From assembly GCA_041741375.1 (NCBI GenBank), contig JBGSKF010000151.1:696-64695 (forward strand): a stretch of 64,000 nt of DNA, in the 5' to 3' direction. The stretch comes from Gemmatimonadales bacterium (GTDB lineage Bacteria > Gemmatimonadota > Gemmatimonadetes > Gemmatimonadales > GWC2-71-9). The notes under the pieces are model-generated. The model did no database searches. It saw nothing but the letters and a program-made list of their open reading frames with translations, and was not told the DNA's origin. A program made the position numbers and the translations under genes. Of the stretch, positions 53,653 through 63,367 are shown in pieces. How positions within the stretch are numbered: position 1 is the stretch's first letter; every line of letters begins with the position of its first letter.

Positions 53653-56067
53653 ATGCTGGGTTCGTGGGCCACTGATCTGCGACATGCCGTGAGGAACCTC
53701 GGACGTTCCCCCGGCCTCGCCCTGGTCATCGTCCTCTCGGTGGGGCTCGGCATTGGAGCCAACACCCTGGTGTTCACCTGGATGGACGCGCTGGTGCTCC
53801 GGCCGCTGCCCGGCGTGCCCGACGCCGACCGTCTCGTGCGGGTCAACACCCGGGGTACCGGTGGGGTGGTCTGGTCGATTTCCTGGCCCGCCTATCGGGA
53901 CTGGCGAACCGAGAACACGGGGCTCGACGAACTGGCCGTGTATGACGCAACACAATTCGGCCTGCGCACCGGCACCGGGATTGAACGGGTGTGGGGAAAC
54001 TATGTCTCGGGCAATTTTTTCGACGTGCTGCGCGTCTCCATGCGCATGGGCCGGGGGTTCCACCAGGATGAGGAGGACCACGGCGCGCCGGTGGCCGTCA
54101 TCTCCCACGCGTTCTGGCAACGCCATTTCCACGCCGATCCCGCTGTCCTCGGCCAGCATGTCGAGCTGAACGGGATCGATGTGTCGGTCATCGGGGTCGC
54201 CGCGCCGCGCTTCGGCGGGCCGGAGGTCGGCCTGGGGTTCGATCTCTACGTGCCCGCCACGCTACGGGCCCGGTTCGGGAATCCCGCGATCTTCGAACGG
54301 CGGGGCAGCCAGTGGCTCTCCGGCATCGCGCGGCTCACGCCCGGCGTGACGACCGAGCAGGCCAACGCGAACCTCGACGCCGTGGCCCGGCGGATCGCGG
54401 AGGCCAACGGACGGGTGGATGAAGGGGCCATGGTGCGATCGCTCGATGCCGTCGGTGCCGCTGCCACGCTCAAGCCGGTGTTCCTCGCCCTGTTCGGCGT
54501 CACCGCGCTGGTGCTGCTCATCGCCTGTGCCAATGTGGCCAATCTCCTCCTGGCCCGCGCCTCGTCCCGGCAGAGGGAGATCGGGATTCGTCTCGCCATC
54601 GGCGCGGGACGAGGGCGCATCATTCGGCAACTTCTGGCCGAGAGCACGGTCCTCGCCGTCGTGGGCGGAGGAGTGGCCCTGCTGCTGGTGGCCTGGGGAC
54701 GGGACCTGCTCGCGGCACTGATCCCGGCGGGTCCCTTCCCCCTCAATCTCGACGTGCGGGTGGACGGTCCCATTCTCGCCTTCGCCTCGGTAGTCACCGG
54801 GGCCACGATCCTGCTCTTTGGTCTGGTGCCCGCCCTGCGGGCGTCGCGCCCCGATCTGGTTCCGGTGCTGAAGGATGAGATGGGAGGCCCGCTCGGACGG
54901 TCCCGGCTCCGCAATGCCATGGTGATCGGTCAGGTGGCGCTGGCCTCGGTGACCCTGGTCGCCGCGGGTCTCTTTCTGCGGGGGCTCTCCCGGGCCAGCG
55001 AGGTGAACCTCGGGTTCACCGATCCCGATCGGGTGCTTCTGGTCTCCACCGATCTCTCGCTCGCGGGGATGAACGACTCGATGGCCCTGATCACCATGAC
55101 GCAGGCACTGGAACGGGTGCGGCAGGTGCCCGGCGTGGTGTCCGCCGCCTGGTCCACCTTCACGCCGCTCGGGTTCGGCGGCTCCAGTTCCAGCACGATC
55201 GAGGTCGCCGGCTATGAAGCGGCCCCGGGGGAAAACATGTCGATCCAGTACGCCATCGTCTCCGACGGCTACATGGAGACGATGGGGATGACACTGCGTG
55301 AGGGAAGAGTGCTCGGCAGCGAGGATCGCTTGGGGGTCGAACCGGTGGTGGTGGTGAACGAGACCTTTGCCCGGCGGTTCTTCGACGGGCAGGCGCTGGG
55401 GCAGGTCTTCAACCAGGGCGGTCCGGACCTGCGCATCGTCGGGGTTGTGGAGGACGTCAAGGTCGGATCCCTGACGGAGGCACCACTCCCCTTCCTCTAC
55501 CGGGCCCTGGCGCAGTCACCGGACGGTCAGGCCACCCTGCATGTGCGCGGCACGGCCGACAACGCGATGGCCCTTGCTGAGCCCCTGCGCCGGGAACTGG
55601 CCCAGGTCACCCCCGACCTCCCCTTCCTCGACCTGCGGACCATGGCGGAGCAGATCGAGCCGGCCACCATTGGACAGCGGATCGGGTCGCGCATGCTCGG
55701 CGTCTTCGGGTTTCTCGCCCTGCTGCTCGCCGGGATCGGCATCTATGCCGTGATGGCGCAATCGGTGACGCAGCGGACCCGGGAGATCGGAGTGCGAGTG
55801 GCCCTGGGCGCCAATCGCCGAGTCCTGCTCCGGATGGTCGTGGGGCAGGCAATGAGGCTGACCTCGATGGGGCTGGTGATGGGGGGCATCCTGGGGGCCG
55901 GCGCGGGAGTCCTTCTCCGAAGCCTGATCTTCGGCGTGAGCCCGCTCGATCCGGTGACCTTCGGGGTGATGATCGCGATCTTCGGGGTGGTCGCGGTCGC
56001 GGCCAGCGCCCTCCCCGCCCGGCGCGCGGCATCGATCGATCCGGTGGAGGCCCTGCGGGCGCAGTAG
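53653..56067 (+). CDS. ABC transporter permease, duplicated MacB/FtsX (ADOP-type)
   Basis: DLRHAVRNL, LGIGANT, LLIACANVANLLLAR, REIGIRLAIGA and RRAASIDPVEALR. Confidence 0.92.
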   Translation: MLGSWATDLRHAVRNLGRSPGLALVIVLSVGLGIGANTLVFTWMDALVLRPLPGVPDADRLVRVNTRGTGGVVWSISWPAYRDWRTENTGLDELAVYDATQFGLRTGTGIERVWGNYVSGNFFDVLRVSMRMGRGFHQDEEDHGAPVAVISHAFWQRHFHADPAVLGQHVELNGIDVSVIGVAAPRFGGPEVGLGFDLYVPATLRARFGNPAIFERRGSQWLSGIARLTPGVTTEQANANLDAVARRIAEANGRVDEGAMVRSLDAVGAAATLKPVFLALFGVTALVLLIACANVANLLLARASSRQREIGIRLAIGAGRGRIIRQLLAESTVLAVVGGGVALLLVAWGRDLLAALIPAGPFPLNLDVRVDGPILAFASVVTGATILLFGLVPALRASRPDLVPVLKDEMGGPLGRSRLRNAMVIGQVALASVTLVAAGLFLRGLSRASEVNLGFTDPDRVLLVSTDLSLAGMNDSMALITMTQALERVRQVPGVVSAAWSTFTPLGFGGSSSSTIEVAGYEAAPGENMSIQYAIVSDGYMETMGMTLREGRVLGSEDRLGVEPVVVVNETFARRFFDGQALGQVFNQGGPDLRIVGVVEDVKVGSLTEAPLPFLYRALAQSPDGQATLHVRGTADNAMALAEPLRRELAQVTPDLPFLDLRTMAEQIEPATIGQRIGSRMLGVFGFLALLLAGIGIYAVMAQSVTQRTREIGVRVALGANRRVLLRMVVGQAMRLTSMGLVMGGILGAGAGVLLRSLIFGVSPLDPVTFGVMIAIFGVVAVAASALPARRAASIDPVEALRAQ

Positions 56068-56144
56068 ATTCCTCCCCTGGGACGCCGCCGGTGCCGCAAA
56101 GGGCCCGACGGTGTCCCCCGGGGCCTCCAACGGAAACACACACC

Positions 56145-56807
56145 ATGATCCGCCTGATCAACATCGAAAAGTCCTATCCCACCGGACCCTCCCGGACCTG
56201 GGTGCTCCGGCAGGTCTCGATCGAGATCGCCGCGGGGGAGTTCGTCACCATCATGGGTCCCTCGGGTGCCGGCAAGTCCACCCTGCTCGGCATCCTCGGG
56301 ATGCTCGACGCCGAGTGGAGCGGGGAGTACCACCTGGACGACCACCCCGTCCACGCGATGAAGCAGCGTCAGCGGGCCGAACTGAACAAGGCGATGATCG
56401 GATTCGTCTTCCAGCAATACCACCTCCTCGACAGCCTCACCGTCTACGAAAACCTCGAGACTCCCCTCTCCTACCGCAATTACAGCCGGGCCGAGCGCCA
56501 GTCCCGCGTGGCGGACGTGCTCGACCGCTTCCGGATCGTCGGAAAGAAGGACCTCTTTCCCTCGCAGCTCTCCGGCGGGCAGCAACAGCTCGTGGGGGTG
56601 GCCCGGGCCGTCATGGCCGAGCCCAAGATCATCCTGGCCGACGAACCGACCGGAAACCTGCACTCCACCCAGGCCCGGGAGATCATGGAACTCTTCCGGG
56701 AACTGAACCAGGGCGGCACCACGATCGTGCAGGTAACCCACAGCGAGGAAAACGCCCGGTACGGCACCCGGGTGATCCAATTGAAGGATGGATGGGTGGT
56801 GGCGTAG
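56145..56807 (+). CDS. ABC transporter ATP-binding protein (second)
   Basis: GPSGAGKST, LSGGQQQ and ADEPTGNLH. Confidence 0.93.
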   Translation: MIRLINIEKSYPTGPSRTWVLRQVSIEIAAGEFVTIMGPSGAGKSTLLGILGMLDAEWSGEYHLDDHPVHAMKQRQRAELNKAMIGFVFQQYHLLDSLTVYENLETPLSYRNYSRAERQSRVADVLDRFRIVGKKDLFPSQLSGGQQQLVGVARAVMAEPKIILADEPTGNLHSTQAREIMELFRELNQGGTTIVQVTHSEENARYGTRVIQLKDGWVVA

Positions 56808-56875
56808 GCGGTAGGCGATAGGCGGTGGGCGGTAGGGGAACGTAGGCGGTAGGTGACGGGTGGGAGGCACAGGGG
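56805..56875 (+). repeat. left arm (TAGGCGG)n of an inverted repeat flanking the four-helix-bundle gene
   Basis: taggcgg taggcga taggcgg tgggcgg ... taggcgg; the first TAG is the ATPase stop. Confidence 0.92.
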
Positions 56876-56946
56876 CTGCGACAAGAGGATGGTGGTCGCG
56901 CGATTGTGGTCCTTCCACGAAGGGCCGGTGGTGATAGCATTCCCTG

Positions 56947-57339
56947 ATGGGGAATCAGGCGACGTCCTTCCGGGACCTGTTGGTGTGGCAGCGTGCCATG
57001 GATGCATCGGTGGAGGTGCTCCGGCTCGCCCGGATCCTCCCACGGGAGCTCCGGGATAGTCTCGGGGACCAGATGCGCCGGGCGGCGATCTCGGTCGTGA
57101 GCAATATTGCCGAGGGGCACGGCAGGCGGCACCGGAAGGAGTATATTCATCATGTTGCCATTGCCAGCGGCTCGCTGAAGGAAATGGAAACTCAGTTGCT
57201 GTTGCTGCGGAGACATGACTCGCGATTCGCGGAGGATGTCGATCGGATTCTGGCCATCACTGACGAAACGGGCAGGATGCTGACAGGACTGTATCGGGCG
57301 CTCAAAAGTCCACGATCAACTCCCGACACCCGTGGATGA
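56947..57339 (+). CDS. four helix bundle protein (23S rRNA IVS protein / Avd-like, TIGR02436 family)
   Basis: FRDLLVWQRAM, DQMRRAAISVVSNIAEG and IASGSLKEMETQL family motifs. Confidence 0.92.
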   Translation: MGNQATSFRDLLVWQRAMDASVEVLRLARILPRELRDSLGDQMRRAAISVVSNIAEGHGRRHRKEYIHHVAIASGSLKEMETQLLLLRRHDSRFAEDVDRILAITDETGRMLTGLYRALKSPRSTPDTRG

Positions 57340-57360
57340 TCAGGCTATCCTGTGGTTGAC

Positions 57361-57443
57361 CCCCGTCGCCTCTCGCGTCCTCTATGGCCCACCGCCTACC
57401 ACCTTCTCTATCGCCGACCGCCTACCGCCAACCGCCTATTCCT
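57361..57443 (+). repeat. right arm (CCGCCTA)n of the inverted repeat, ending at the regulator ATG
   Basis: ccgccta..tcgccga ccgccta ccgccaa ccgccta ttcct-ATG. Confidence 0.9.
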
Positions 57444-58802
57444 ATGCTCCCCACGATCTTGATTGCTGAGGATCAGCCCGACGTCCTCGAGGCCCTCCGG
57501 CTCCTCCTCAAGTCGGAAGGGTATCGAACCGTCACGGCGCATGTGCCCGAGGGGGTCCTGGCCCTCCTCGAACGGGAGCAGGTGGACGCGGCCCTGATCG
57601 ATCTCAACTACACCCGGGACACCACCTCGGGCCGGGAGGGGCTCGATCTTCTGTCGCGGATTCAGGCCGCCGATGCGACTCTTCCCGTCATCGTCATGAC
57701 CGCGTGGGGCAGCGTGGACAAGGCGGTGCAGGCCATGCAACTCGGCGCCCGCGACTTCGTCGAGAAGCCGTGGGACAACGCCCGTCTCCTCGCCACCGTG
57801 CGCACCCAGGTCGAACTCTCCCGCGCCCTCCGGCTCGGCCAGCGCCTGGCCTCCGAGAACCGGATGCTGCGGCAGGAGGGCCTTCCCGATCTGGTCGCCG
57901 AGTCGGGCGCCATGCGTCCGGTGGTGGAGATCATGAAGCAGGTGGCGCCGAGTGACGCCAATGTGCTCATCACCGGGGAGCATGGGACCGGGAAGGAGGT
58001 GGTGGCCCGCTGGCTCCACGCCACGAGCGGCCGCGCCGAGAAACCCCTGGTGATAGTGAACGCCGGAGGACTCTCCGAGGGGGTGTTCGAGAGTGAACTC
58101 TTCGGGCATGTGAAGGGCGCCTTCACCGACGCCAAGACCGACCGGATCGGCCGCTTCGAAATGGCCGATGGGGGAACCCTCTTCCTCGACGAAATCGCGA
58201 ATATTGGCCTGGCGCAGCAGGCTCGGCTCCTCCGGGTGCTCCAGGAGGGGGAGCTGGAGCGGGTCGGCTCGTCCCGGACCCGTCATGTGGACGTGCGCGT
58301 GATCGCGGCGACCAACGCCGATCTCCCTGCCGAGGTGGCATCGGGCCGGTTCCGGGAAGATCTCCTCTTCCGGCTGAACACGATCGAGATCGCGCTCCCT
58401 CCGCTTCGGGCTCGCGGAGCCGATCTCCTGCCCCTGGCCGAGGGGTTCCTGGCACGGTTTCGCCGGAAGTATGGCAAGGCCCTCACCGGGTTTGCCGACG
58501 ATGCGGTGGCGGCCCTTCGACGCCACCCTTGGCCCGGCAACGTGCGCGAACTCGAGCATGCGGTGGAACGGGGAGTGCTGATGGCGCGGGGGACGACGAT
58601 GACCGCACCCGACCTCGCCCTACCCGGGACGTCCGCGGCGGAGGTGCCGTCCCCCTCCGGCGGACGGACCCTGGAGGAGACCGAGCGCGAAGTGATCCGC
58701 GCGGCCCTCACCCGGCATGACGGAAACGTGAGTTCCGCCGCCGCCGAGCTCGGCCTGAGCCGGAGTGCGCTCTACCGGCGTTTGCAGCGTCTCGGCCTGT
58801 GA
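57444..58802 (+). CDS. sigma54-dependent response regulator (NtrC family)
   Basis: REC domain, GEHGTGKE, ESELFGH, GAFTDA, LFLDEI, WPGNVREL and Fis-type HTH. Confidence 0.95.
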   Translation: MLPTILIAEDQPDVLEALRLLLKSEGYRTVTAHVPEGVLALLEREQVDAALIDLNYTRDTTSGREGLDLLSRIQAADATLPVIVMTAWGSVDKAVQAMQLGARDFVEKPWDNARLLATVRTQVELSRALRLGQRLASENRMLRQEGLPDLVAESGAMRPVVEIMKQVAPSDANVLITGEHGTGKEVVARWLHATSGRAEKPLVIVNAGGLSEGVFESELFGHVKGAFTDAKTDRIGRFEMADGGTLFLDEIANIGLAQQARLLRVLQEGELERVGSSRTRHVDVRVIAATNADLPAEVASGRFREDLLFRLNTIEIALPPLRARGADLLPLAEGFLARFRRKYGKALTGFADDAVAALRRHPWPGNVRELEHAVERGVLMARGTTMTAPDLALPGTSAAEVPSPSGGRTLEETEREVIRAALTRHDGNVSSAAAELGLSRSALYRRLQRLGL

Positions 58803-58809
58803 CCCTTCC

Positions 58810-60147
58810 GTGACCGCCCGCTTCGATCGGCGACTGCTCGGGCTCGTCCTGCTGGCGGGGGCGCCGGCTCTCGTGACCGTGACCATTCTGCTGTGGGTCG
58901 CGTCGTACAGCACCCTCCTCACGTTCACCGTCCTCCTCTTTCTGGCGCTGGGGTGGCTCTGGGTTGCCTTTGCCGCTCGGCGTCTCGTGGTACGGCCTCT
59001 CCGCACCATCGGCAACCTTCTCGCCGGGCTCCGGGAGGGGCACTTCACCCTCCGGGCCCGTGGGACCACCGACGGGGATCCCCTCTCCGATGTTTTCCGC
59101 GAAGTCAATGCTCTCGGTGGCATGCTGCAGGAGCAGCGGCTCGGCGCCGTCGAGGCCGACGCCCTGTTGCGGCGAGTGATGGAGGAGATCGACGTCGCCG
59201 TCTTCGCCTTTGCCGGGGACCACACGCTGCAACTCGCCAATCGGGCCGGTGAACAGCTCCTCGGCCAGCCGGTGGAGCGTCTGCTCGGGCGGACGGCGGA
59301 GTACCTCGGCCTCGATGGCTGCCTGAGGGGAAACACCCCCCGCATGATGGAGCAGACGTTCCTGGGGGGGATCGGTCGCTGGGAAGTCCGGAGGCGGAGC
59401 TTCCGTCAGGGAGGGCTTCCGATGGAGATGGTCGTGCTGGCCGATGTGAGCCGCGTGGTGCGGGAGGAGGAACGGCAAGCCTGGCGCCGGTTGATCCGGG
59501 TGCTGAGTCACGAGATCAACAACTCCCTGGCACCGATCAAGTCGCTGGCCGGCACCCTGGCTGCGTTGCTGGAGCGCTCCCCTCGTCCCGACGATTGCGA
59601 AGAGGATCTGGCCCGGGGGCTCGAGGTCATCGCGGCGCGCGCCGAATCGCTCGATCGGTTCATGGCGGCGTATGCCCGGCTCGCCAAATTGCCGGCGCCG
59701 GTTTTGGGAGACGTGGAGGTGGAGACGTGGGTGCGGCGCGTGGCCGCCCTGGAGGCCCGGATTCCTGTGAGGGTGGAACCGGGCCCGCCTCTCACCATTC
59801 GCGCCGATGGGGATCAGCTCGACCAGGTGCTCATCAACCTGGTCAAGAACGCTGCCGACGCCGCCCTCGAAACCGGCGGCGAGGTGACGATCGGATGGAG
59901 CGGGGACGGGGACGGGGACGTCGCGGAGCTGGAGGTCTGGGTCCGGGACTCAGGCCCCGGCATCGCGTCTCCCACCAACATCTTCGTCCCGTTCTTTACC
60001 ACGAAGCGGAACGGATCGGGGATCGGGTTGACCCTGAGCCGACAGGTGGCCGAGGCGCACGGAGGAACGTTGACGCTGCAGAACCGTCCCGCCGAGGAGG
60101 GGTCGGGCTGCATCGCGAACCTTCGGTTGCCCACGAACGAAGTTTGA
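58810..60147 (+). CDS. sensor histidine kinase
   Basis: Two TM segments, SHEINNSL, NLVKNA, DSGPG and FFTTK..GSGIGL. Confidence 0.92.
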   Translation: MTARFDRRLLGLVLLAGAPALVTVTILLWVASYSTLLTFTVLLFLALGWLWVAFAARRLVVRPLRTIGNLLAGLREGHFTLRARGTTDGDPLSDVFREVNALGGMLQEQRLGAVEADALLRRVMEEIDVAVFAFAGDHTLQLANRAGEQLLGQPVERLLGRTAEYLGLDGCLRGNTPRMMEQTFLGGIGRWEVRRRSFRQGGLPMEMVVLADVSRVVREEERQAWRRLIRVLSHEINNSLAPIKSLAGTLAALLERSPRPDDCEEDLARGLEVIAARAESLDRFMAAYARLAKLPAPVLGDVEVETWVRRVAALEARIPVRVEPGPPLTIRADGDQLDQVLINLVKNAADAALETGGEVTIGWSGDGDGDVAELEVWVRDSGPGIASPTNIFVPFFTTKRNGSGIGLTLSRQVAEAHGGTLTLQNRPAEEGSGCIANLRLPTNEV

Positions 60148-60325
60148 AGTGTGAAGTCGTAGGGGCGAATTGCATTCGCCCTGCTCAAACGCCAAGGCGC
60201 CAGGACGCAGTGACGCGAGGTGTATGGAGGCCACGAAAGGCTCCCAGTCGTGGATTCCCGCGTGCGCGGGAATGACGGGCATTACTCCCCACTCCCCATT
60301 CCCCACTCCCTACTCCCTTTCCCTG
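60139..60325. repeat. composite intergenic repeat mosaic: GAAGTKT heptamers, GTAG-REP, ACGCNAGG-like octamers, dRS3-like palindrome, CTCCCMA heptamers
   Basis: Units at 60139-60157, 60159-60182, 60189-60220, 60251-60276 and 60285-60325 respectively. Confidence 0.85.
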
Positions 60326-60327
60326 CT

Positions 60328-62526
60328 TTAGAACTCCCATCGCAGGGTAAACGACGGCACCGCCGGCAGGTTGAACAGGCGTTCGTACTCGACCCCATTG
60401 GGGAAGAGTGGACCGGTTCGGCTCCGCAGCTTGGGCTCGCTCGGCGCCACCGGACCGAACCCGGCGTTGATCAGGGAGAATCCCAGATCGAAATGGGACT
60501 TGCCCGGTCCCCCGAATCGCTTGCGCGCCGAGAGGTCGAACCGGAGAGTCCCGGCTCCCCGACCCGATGACTCCTCGCCGAACTGCAAGGTGGGGCCAAA
60601 GGGCTCGACGGTGACCACCGCGATGACCGGGGTGATCGGCTGGCCACTCTGGAACTCTCCCACACCACCGAACCGCCATCCGCGCCCCAGCGAGAGGTCG
60701 GTCTGGAACCGAAGGAGGTGACGGCGGTCGAGGGTCCACGCGCGCCACTTCCCATCCTCCCATTGGCGATCGGACCAGGACACCACATACGAGAGGGCGG
60801 CGTTGGCTCCTCCCGGCGTTGCGGAGGCTCAACTGGTGCGGAGTTCCACGCCGTGCGTGCGGCTCTTTCCGTACCGGATCCCGGTGGGATCATCCCGAAG
60901 GAGGTCAGTTGACGGTCGGAGCTCTCCCAACCCTCGGCCTCGGGAGAGGAACGCGGCGCCGGCCAGCCGAACGGGGCCCGCGTCGTGGTCCACGTCCAGC
61001 GAGAGATGATCGATGCGCGGCGTCGGCACGCCATCGCGTCCCGCCGTGAGCCAGAGGTCGAAAAACGCCAGATCGGGCTCGGCCTGCACGTCGGTGATCT
61101 GCTGATAGAGCCTGGTGGACCGGCCGGCCCGCAGCGTGGCGCGGGTGTCCTCGCCGAGATCCCGGCCGAGGGTGATCGAGGGCCCGAAGACCGCCTGAGC
61201 GGCATTGGCATCCACCCGGCCTCCCACCACCAGGTCGGTTCCGCCGATCCGGCCCGAGATCTCCACGAATCCGTTCCCTTCCAGGAAACGGTCGTGCTGG
61301 TTGAAAATCTGGTCGGGTCGCCGGCGGGGTGTCAGGGTGCTTGTGGTCCGCCGCGCTCCCGCTCCGGCCCCGAACCGGAGGAGGGCGGAACCGAGGGAGC
61401 GATCCCCCTGCAGCGTGGCGGAGAGCTGGTCGAACCGGTTTCGGAGGTCCACCTCCTGCCCCCGGGAGGGAACCTCCCTCCCCGTGGCGCGAAACGCGTT
61501 CCAGAAGGTGGTCAACTCGAGGGAACCCCGCGGGCTCTCCTGGAGACGAATCCTGTTGCCCAGAAGCACGTTGGACCATCGCATGAAGAGGCCGCTAAGG
61601 GAATGGCCGAGACGATCGCGGGACAGGAACAGGGTCAGCTCGGAGGACCGGTCCCCGCCCAAGGGAAGGGAGGAGCGGAGATATCCGTCCGCGAACGAGT
61701 AGGGGAGGGGCGCGCCGATGAGTTTGGATGCCCCCTCGATCGTGGCCACGCGGCCCGCTCCGAAGGTCGGGATGGCCTGGTTGGTGCCCACCCAGCCGGT
61801 GAGGGACGTCAACGCCAGGTCCGCGCCCCCCTCCACCGGGTTCACGGCCCTCCGGCCGGTGACATCCACGACGCCGGCCAGAGACCCGCCCTGGTCCGAC
61901 CCGGGCGTCCCCGGGGTCACACTGATCGCATCCACCGCGTTGGCCGGGAAGGTGGAGAAGATGCGACCGATGTGATAGGGGTTGAGGATCTCGTATCCGT
62001 CGATCCGCACCGTGGTCATCGACGCATCATAACCCCGGACGATGGGCCGTGAGGATAGCGGGGAGGAGAAGGTCACCGAGGGAACCGTCTGCAAGGCTCG
62101 GAGGGGGTCCGGTTCCACCGCGGCCGGGAGGGCGCGGATCACACTGCGCGGCACGGTCCACGATCCCGCCCGGGCCAGGCCGGTTCCGCCGCCCCGGGCG
62201 CTCAAGTCGCTGAGAACCACCGGCACGGGGGGGAGGCGCACCAGCAGGATCGCCGTCGTCTGCGACACGGTGACGGTATCGGGCGCGAACCCGATCGCCG
62301 ACACCGCCAGCACGGCGCCGGTCCCGAGGTTCGGTATCCGGACCCTCCCGATCCGGTCCGAGGTGAAGGTGCGCGGGGTGCCGATCGGAGTCACCAGGGC
62401 GCCCGTCACTGGAACGTCACCCAGCGTGGAGCGAACCTCGACAACGACCCCCTGGGCCGATGTCGTGCCGGGCACCAGAAGGGGCACCATGATGCCGGCC
62501 CACAGAACGAGAGTCGCGCGCCTCAT
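60328..62526 (-). pseudogene. TonB-dependent receptor interrupted by an in-frame TGA at 60829-60831
   Basis: N-terminal part has a signal peptide and plug (EPDPLRALQTVPSV, VRG, IDG..NPYH). The same frame continues past the TGA into barrel strands and a C-terminal Phe (LRWEF). Confidence 0.75.
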
Positions 62527-63206
62527 GGTACCACGATGAATCGAAGTTCGATCACCCCGCCGATCACCCCGGTACCCTCCCTGAGGGGCGACACCAGCCG
62601 GAAGAACGAGGTGGCCCAATCGGTCATCTCTCGGTTCCGGCCCCGGAGCACGACACTATCGGAGAGCCCCCCCCCGACGACGATCAACATTTGATCCGGC
62701 GGATGAAACCTGGCGAAATCGATCGACTCGATGCCGCTGGCCTCGATGGGGGCACGAAAACTGGAAAGGCCGGGCCCAAGGAACTCAGGCACCAGCGTTG
62801 AGAGCGAGACCGTGTCCTGGCGGGGTGTTGCCAGCGCGAACTTCAGGGGAAGCACGGTGGTCCCCTCAAAGGGCTGGCCGGCCACGGTGCCGCGGAGGGA
62901 ATAGGCTCCCCCGGGTATCCCCTGCAGATCGACGCGGAACTCCCCGGGGGCGCCATCCGGAAGAAGGGGTGCGGCACCTCCCGGTCCCGTCACGATCAGG
63001 TCCACCAGGGCAGGATCAACCGGCAGGGCCGGCTGGGGAATCGTGCTGTCCGGAGTGGCGCTCCAGGTGATCGTGGCCCGGTGGGTGGAGTCCCCCACGA
63101 CAAGCACCAGTTGCACCACCGGGGCTGGTGGTGGTGGTTCTCCAGGGGAAACGCCACAGCCAACGAGGTAGATCGGGATCGCGATAATGACGCCAAGGTG
63201 ATGCAT
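62523..63206 (-). CDS. lipoprotein (TonB receptor partner, DUF4249-like position)
   Basis: Lipobox LVGC after a hydrophobic stretch; stop overlaps the receptor ATG. Confidence 0.7.
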   Translation of the reverse strand: MHHLGVIIAIPIYLVGCGVSPGEPPPPAPVVQLVLVVGDSTHRATITWSATPDSTIPQPALPVDPALVDLIVTGPGGAAPLLPDGAPGEFRVDLQGIPGGAYSLRGTVAGQPFEGTTVLPLKFALATPRQDTVSLSTLVPEFLGPGLSSFRAPIEASGIESIDFARFHPPDQMLIVVGGGLSDSVVLRGRNREMTDWATSFFRLVSPLREGTGVIGGVIELRFIVVP

Positions 63207-63307
63207 TGGGTTGCCGGTGCTCTCGAAAAAACAGGTGATAAAACGCCCCAAGGCCATCTGCTTTCGATTCCTCAAAGAAGCTGTCTCCGGATCACTTGAA
63301 ACGGGGG

Positions 63308-63366
63308 TGTCCCCGTGTAGGGGTGGGAGGCAAGCCTCCCAACCCCAGTATGCCGCACGGGGGACA
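63308..63366. other. long imperfect intergenic hairpin
   Basis: TGTCCCCGTG/CACGGGGGACA outer stem and GGGGTGGGAGGC/GCCTCCCAACCCC inner stem. Confidence 0.6.
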
Positions 63367-63367
63367 T

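Noticed and set aside
56947-57339. Diversity-generating retroelement (Avd-like gene)
   Set aside because: No reverse transcriptase and no TR/VR repeat pair were recognised in the window.
60829-60831. Selenocysteine or genome-wide TGA recoding
   Set aside because: TGA is the normal stop of many genes here, the position is a barrel strand rather than a redox site, and no clear SECIS was identified.
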